Source of the DNA: a virus
Taxonomy: Duplodnaviria; Heunggongvirae; Uroviricota; Caudoviricetes
Direction: 5' to 3' (one strand)
Length of the DNA: 9,772 bases
IMG/VR virus record: IMGVR_UViG_2606217100_000002
This document shows positions 6,961-9,772 of the stretch, one piece after another (position 1 is the stretch's first letter; every line of letters starts with the position of its first letter). The notes beneath the pieces were generated by a model. The model was not told where the DNA came from. It ran no database searches and was given only the letters and a program-made list of their open reading frames with translations. The translations under genes were made by a program, and so were the position numbers.

Positions 6961-8637
6961 ATGAATTCATTTGCCATCGTTATACTCTTATTAGCATTTC
7001 TCGCCCCTGTTCTAGCTGTAATATTATTTAAACAAAGTAAAAAACACAAAGCGGCTATAGATAACCTGACAGCTAACAACATAGCCCTTTCTAACCAACT
7101 GATTGAAAATCAAGAAAAACTAGCACAGACCGTACGAGAATTATCAGAGCTTGAAGGGCGAGCAGCACCATTGTGGCAATACGAAGAATTGCACAGCGCA
7201 GTAATGGATGCAGAGAATAAGATAAAAAATGCGGACTCAATAGCCAAGCAAAAAATAGATGAAGCCCAAATTAAGGCGGCTAAAACAGTAAACGAAGCAA
7301 ATTATCAAGCTCAGATGACAATAAGCAACGCTAATAGCGAAGCTATAGCAATCACCAAAGACGCTCGCGATGCACGCCTGAAAGCCAAAGAACGTCTTGA
7401 TAATGCTAATAATAAAGCAAATGAGCTAATCTCAAATGCTAATGACAATGCAGTAAAAATTATTTCTGATGCAGAAGAAAGAGCAAAGGAGATTGCTGGT
7501 TCAGCATATGAAGCTAAAGAGTTTGCAGAAAAATATGAAGCAGTTGCAAAATCAATGAAAAATAAAATTGAAGGTTATGGTGATGAATGGATCATCCCTA
7601 ACCGTAGTGTACTTGATGAGCTGGCAGAAAATTATGAATTTACAGATGCAGGCAAGGAATTACAAAAAGCCAGAGAGTTAACCAAATCATTAATAAAAAC
7701 TAATAAAGCTGCTTCGTGTGATTATGTTGAGCAAAACAGGCGTAATACTGCCATAAACTTTGTTTTGGATGCCTTCAATGGAAGAGTTGACAGTATTTTA
7801 TCAAAAGTCAAACACAACAATTTTGGAAAACTTTCCCAAGAAATAAAAGATGCATTTCAACTAGTAAATTACAATGGCTCTGCCTTTAGGTCCGCAAAAA
7901 TAAGTGACATCTATCTTCAGGCAAGACTCAACGAGCTAAAATGGGGTGTAGCAGTTAATGAAATTATGCTCGAAGAAAAAGAAGAGCAAAGAAGGATTAA
8001 AGAACAGCTTCGTGAAGAGGAAAGAGCTCGTAGAGAATATGAAAAAGCGATAAAAGAAGCTGAAAAAGAAGAAAAAGCTATTCAGCAAGCTATAAATAAA
8101 GCAACGAAAGAACTTATGCTTGCAAATGAAGAACAACGCTTAGCTTTAGAGCAAAAAATAGCTGAACTACAGTTAAAATATGAAGAAGCTGAAGCTAAAA
8201 ATCAACGAGCTATTTCTATGGCTCAACAAACCAGATCAGGCTACGTCTATATCATTAGTAATATTGGTTCATTTGGCGAAGATGTATATAAAATTGGAAT
8301 GACACGCCGCCTTGAACCACTTGATCGTGTTCGTGAACTCGGAGATGCTAGTGTTCCTTTTTCGTTCGATGTTCATGCGATGATTTATAGTGATGATGCA
8401 CCATCATTAGAAAACCATCTGCATAAAGTTTTCAACGAAAAGCAGGTCAATAAAATTAACTCACGAAAAGAGTTTTTTAACGTAAATTTAAAAGAAATCA
8501 AATCAGTTATTGAAGACATGAACATCAACGCCCACTGGACAATGTTTGCAGAGGCGAAAGAATATAGAGAGTCTCTAGCTATTGAGCAGGAGCGCAAAGC
8601 AGCCACTTCCGCCAACGATGAACTACATGTTGCTTAG
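6961..8637 (+). CDS. cargo (moron) protein: N-terminal transmembrane anchor, extended coiled coils, DUF4041-like middle region and C-terminal T5orf172/GIY-YIG-type nuclease domain; candidate anti-phage defence effector
   Basis: 558-aa ORF with AAAGGA RBS 8 nt upstream of ATG, 20 bp after the cI stop. Residues 5-23 hydrophobic (FAIVILLLAFLAPVLAVILF) followed by KQSKKHK. Two long K/E/A-rich coiled-coil stretches. C-terminus GYVYIISN...YKIGMTRR...RVRELGDASVPFSFDVHAMIYSDDAPSLENHLHKVF...RKEFFNV fits the GIY-(10-11)-YIG, Arg, Glu pattern of T5orf172/GIY-YIG nucleases. Markedly AT-rich relative to the flanking prophage genes. Confidence 0.6.
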   Translation: MNSFAIVILLLAFLAPVLAVILFKQSKKHKAAIDNLTANNIALSNQLIENQEKLAQTVRELSELEGRAAPLWQYEELHSAVMDAENKIKNADSIAKQKIDEAQIKAAKTVNEANYQAQMTISNANSEAIAITKDARDARLKAKERLDNANNKANELISNANDNAVKIISDAEERAKEIAGSAYEAKEFAEKYEAVAKSMKNKIEGYGDEWIIPNRSVLDELAENYEFTDAGKELQKARELTKSLIKTNKAASCDYVEQNRRNTAINFVLDAFNGRVDSILSKVKHNNFGKLSQEIKDAFQLVNYNGSAFRSAKISDIYLQARLNELKWGVAVNEIMLEEKEEQRRIKEQLREEERARREYEKAIKEAEKEEKAIQQAINKATKELMLANEEQRLALEQKIAELQLKYEEAEAKNQRAISMAQQTRSGYVYIISNIGSFGEDVYKIGMTRRLEPLDRVRELGDASVPFSFDVHAMIYSDDAPSLENHLHKVFNEKQVNKINSRKEFFNVNLKEIKSVIEDMNINAHWTMFAEAKEYRESLAIEQERKAATSANDELHVA

Positions 8638-8694
8638 CAATGTATGTTTCATAGTAATCACACATTGATTACTGGTTACATATACAGTTAAATT

Positions 8695-8719
8695 TAGCCC
8701 TCTGATATGAGGGCTTTTT
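8695..8719 (+). terminator. intrinsic terminator after the cargo gene, abutting the int start codon
   Basis: Stem AGCCCTC (8696-8702) / GAGGGCT (8709-8715), 6-nt loop, then a T-run to 8719; int ATG at 8720. The GAGGG of the 3' stem half doubles as the only candidate Shine-Dalgarno for int. Confidence 0.55.
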
Positions 8720-9772
8720 ATGGCAGTACGAAAACTAACCACAGGGAAATGGCTTTGCGAATGTTACCCCGCCGGACGAAGTGGGCGTCGTGTGCGTAAA
8801 CAATTCGCTACCAAAGGCGAAGCACTGGCTTTTGAGCGCCACACGATGGAAGAAACCGAAGCAAAGCCCTGGCTGGGTGAATCAGTGGATCGTCGAACAC
8901 TGAAAGACGTGGTTGAGCTATGGTTCAAACTACATGGTAAATCTCTGACAGCTGGGCAGCATGTCTATGACAAATTGCTGTTGATGGTTGACGCTCTGGG
9001 CAATCCTCTTGCAACCGATCTCACCTCTAAAATGTTTGCCCACTATCGAGATAAACGCCTGACAGGCGAGATCTACTTCAGCGAGAAATGGAAGAAAGGA
9101 GCAAGCCCGGTCACCATTAACCTGGAGCAAAGCTATCTAAGTAGTGTTTTTAGCGAACTATCCCGTCTGGGCGAATGGTCGTATCCGAACCCACTGGAGA
9201 ACATGCGAAAATTCACCATCGCAGAAAAAGAGATGGCATGGCTTACCCATGAGCAGATTGTTGAATTGCTGGCTGATTGCAAACGTCAGGACCCAATTCT
9301 GGCACTGGTAGTTAAGATATGCTTAAGCACAGGCGCACGCTGGCGTGAAGCCGTAAATCTTACCCGCTCACAGGTGACCAAATACCGAATTACCTTTGTC
9401 AGAACGAAGGGGAAGAAAAACAGAAGCATCCCTATCAGTAAAGAGCTTTACGAAGAGATCATGGCGCTTGATGGGTTCAATTTCTTCACAGACTGCTATT
9501 TTCAATTTTTATCCGTGATGGAAAAAACGTCTATCGTGCTCCCTCGCGGTCAACTCACACACGTTCTGCGCCATACGTTTGCGGCGCACTTCATGATGTC
9601 GGGTGGAAACATTCTGGCCTTACAAAAAATTCTCGGACACCACGATATAAAAATGACTATGCGTTACGCACATCTGGCACCGGATCATCTAGAAACGGCG
9701 CTCCGTTTCAATCCTCTGGCAACGCTACCAAGTGGCGACAAAGTGGCGGCAGCGGTTGGCATTACCCCGTAA
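8720..9772 (+). CDS. int: P2-type tyrosine integrase (site-specific recombinase)
   Basis: 350-aa ORF; N-terminus MAVRKL.. and overall sequence resemble P2 Int; catalytic-region motifs LSTGARWREA (Arg), HVLRHTFAAHF (His-x-x-Arg) and MTMRYAHLAP (Tyr nucleophile); last gene before the presumed attachment site. Confidence 0.93.
   Translation: MAVRKLTTGKWLCECYPAGRSGRRVRKQFATKGEALAFERHTMEETEAKPWLGESVDRRTLKDVVELWFKLHGKSLTAGQHVYDKLLLMVDALGNPLATDLTSKMFAHYRDKRLTGEIYFSEKWKKGASPVTINLEQSYLSSVFSELSRLGEWSYPNPLENMRKFTIAEKEMAWLTHEQIVELLADCKRQDPILALVVKICLSTGARWREAVNLTRSQVTKYRITFVRTKGKKNRSIPISKELYEEIMALDGFNFFTDCYFQFLSVMEKTSIVLPRGQLTHVLRHTFAAHFMMSGGNILALQKILGHHDIKMTMRYAHLAPDHLETALRFNPLATLPSGDKVAAAVGITP
9733..9754 (+). 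repeat. 22-bp direct repeat, right copy (TGGCGACAAAGTGGCGGCAGCG), inside the 3' end of int
   Basis: 21 of 22 identity with 2834-2855 in the same orientation; encodes int residues ..GDKVAAA..; 18 nt before the int stop. Confidence 0.5.

Larger units (their letters stand above)
2776..9772. mobile_element. P2/186-like prophage remnant with large internal deletion; right end beyond the window
   Basis: Gene order ogr-D-U-(delta)T on the minus strand and cI-cargo-int on the plus strand reproduces the two ends of an integrated P2-type genome (att-int-C | cox ... T-U-D-ogr-att); replication, head, lysis and most tail genes are absent. Left boundary lies between the rybB terminator (2775) and the ogr stop (2856). 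Confidence 0.85.

Noticed and set aside
6460-7082. Minus-strand ORFs of 63 and 75 aa antisense to cI and to the cargo gene start
   Set aside because: Antisense overlaps without start signals.
7936-8136. 66-aa minus-strand ORF, extremely Phe-rich
   Set aside because: Reverse-complement artefact of the Lys/Glu-rich (AAA/GAA) coiled-coil coding region of the cargo gene.
8385-8615. 76-aa minus-strand ORF within the GIY-YIG-like region
   Set aside because: Antisense to the nuclease domain coding sequence, which has a clear motif-bearing frame on the plus strand.
269-8715. Identical 7-bp terminator stems (AGCCCTC/GAGGGCT) at 269-287 and 8696-8715 as a possible dispersed repeat
   Set aside because: Loops and flanks differ and the shared part is only the short GC-rich stem; most likely coincidence between two intrinsic terminators.
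8930-9130. 66-aa minus-strand ORF inside int
   Set aside because: Antisense to the integrase gene.
1-9772. CRISPR arrays, tandem repeats, IS elements
   Set aside because: No regularly spaced direct repeats, no transposase-like ORF and no terminal inverted repeats were seen by eye.

Overview
The window is an enterobacterial (E. coli-type) chromosomal locus, grxA - ybjM - ybjL - rybB sRNA, followed from about 2.8 kb to the window end by a degenerate P2/186-like prophage. All domain and family calls are by eye from the translations; no searches were run. The prophage keeps both ends of a P2-type genome: the late-end genes ogr, D, U and the 3' part of tape-measure gene T, and the lysogeny module (apl/cox-like gene, 186-type cI repressor, P2-type tyrosine integrase). 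Everything in between (replication, lysis, head, sheath, tube, fibres) is missing, and the 5' part of a cII-like gene is fused in frame to the 3' part of T. The most interesting element is a 558-aa, AT-rich cargo gene (6961-8637) between cI and int: predicted N-terminal membrane anchor, long coiled coils and a C-terminal T5orf172/GIY-YIG-type nuclease domain. It is a candidate single-gene anti-phage defence or superinfection-exclusion system, expressed from the lysogenic transcript. Other points: a 22-bp direct repeat (21/22) at both prophage ends, an intact RybB sRNA next to the insertion site, a perfect 16-bp palindromic operator at the cox/cI switch, and a terminator hairpin abutting the int start codon.
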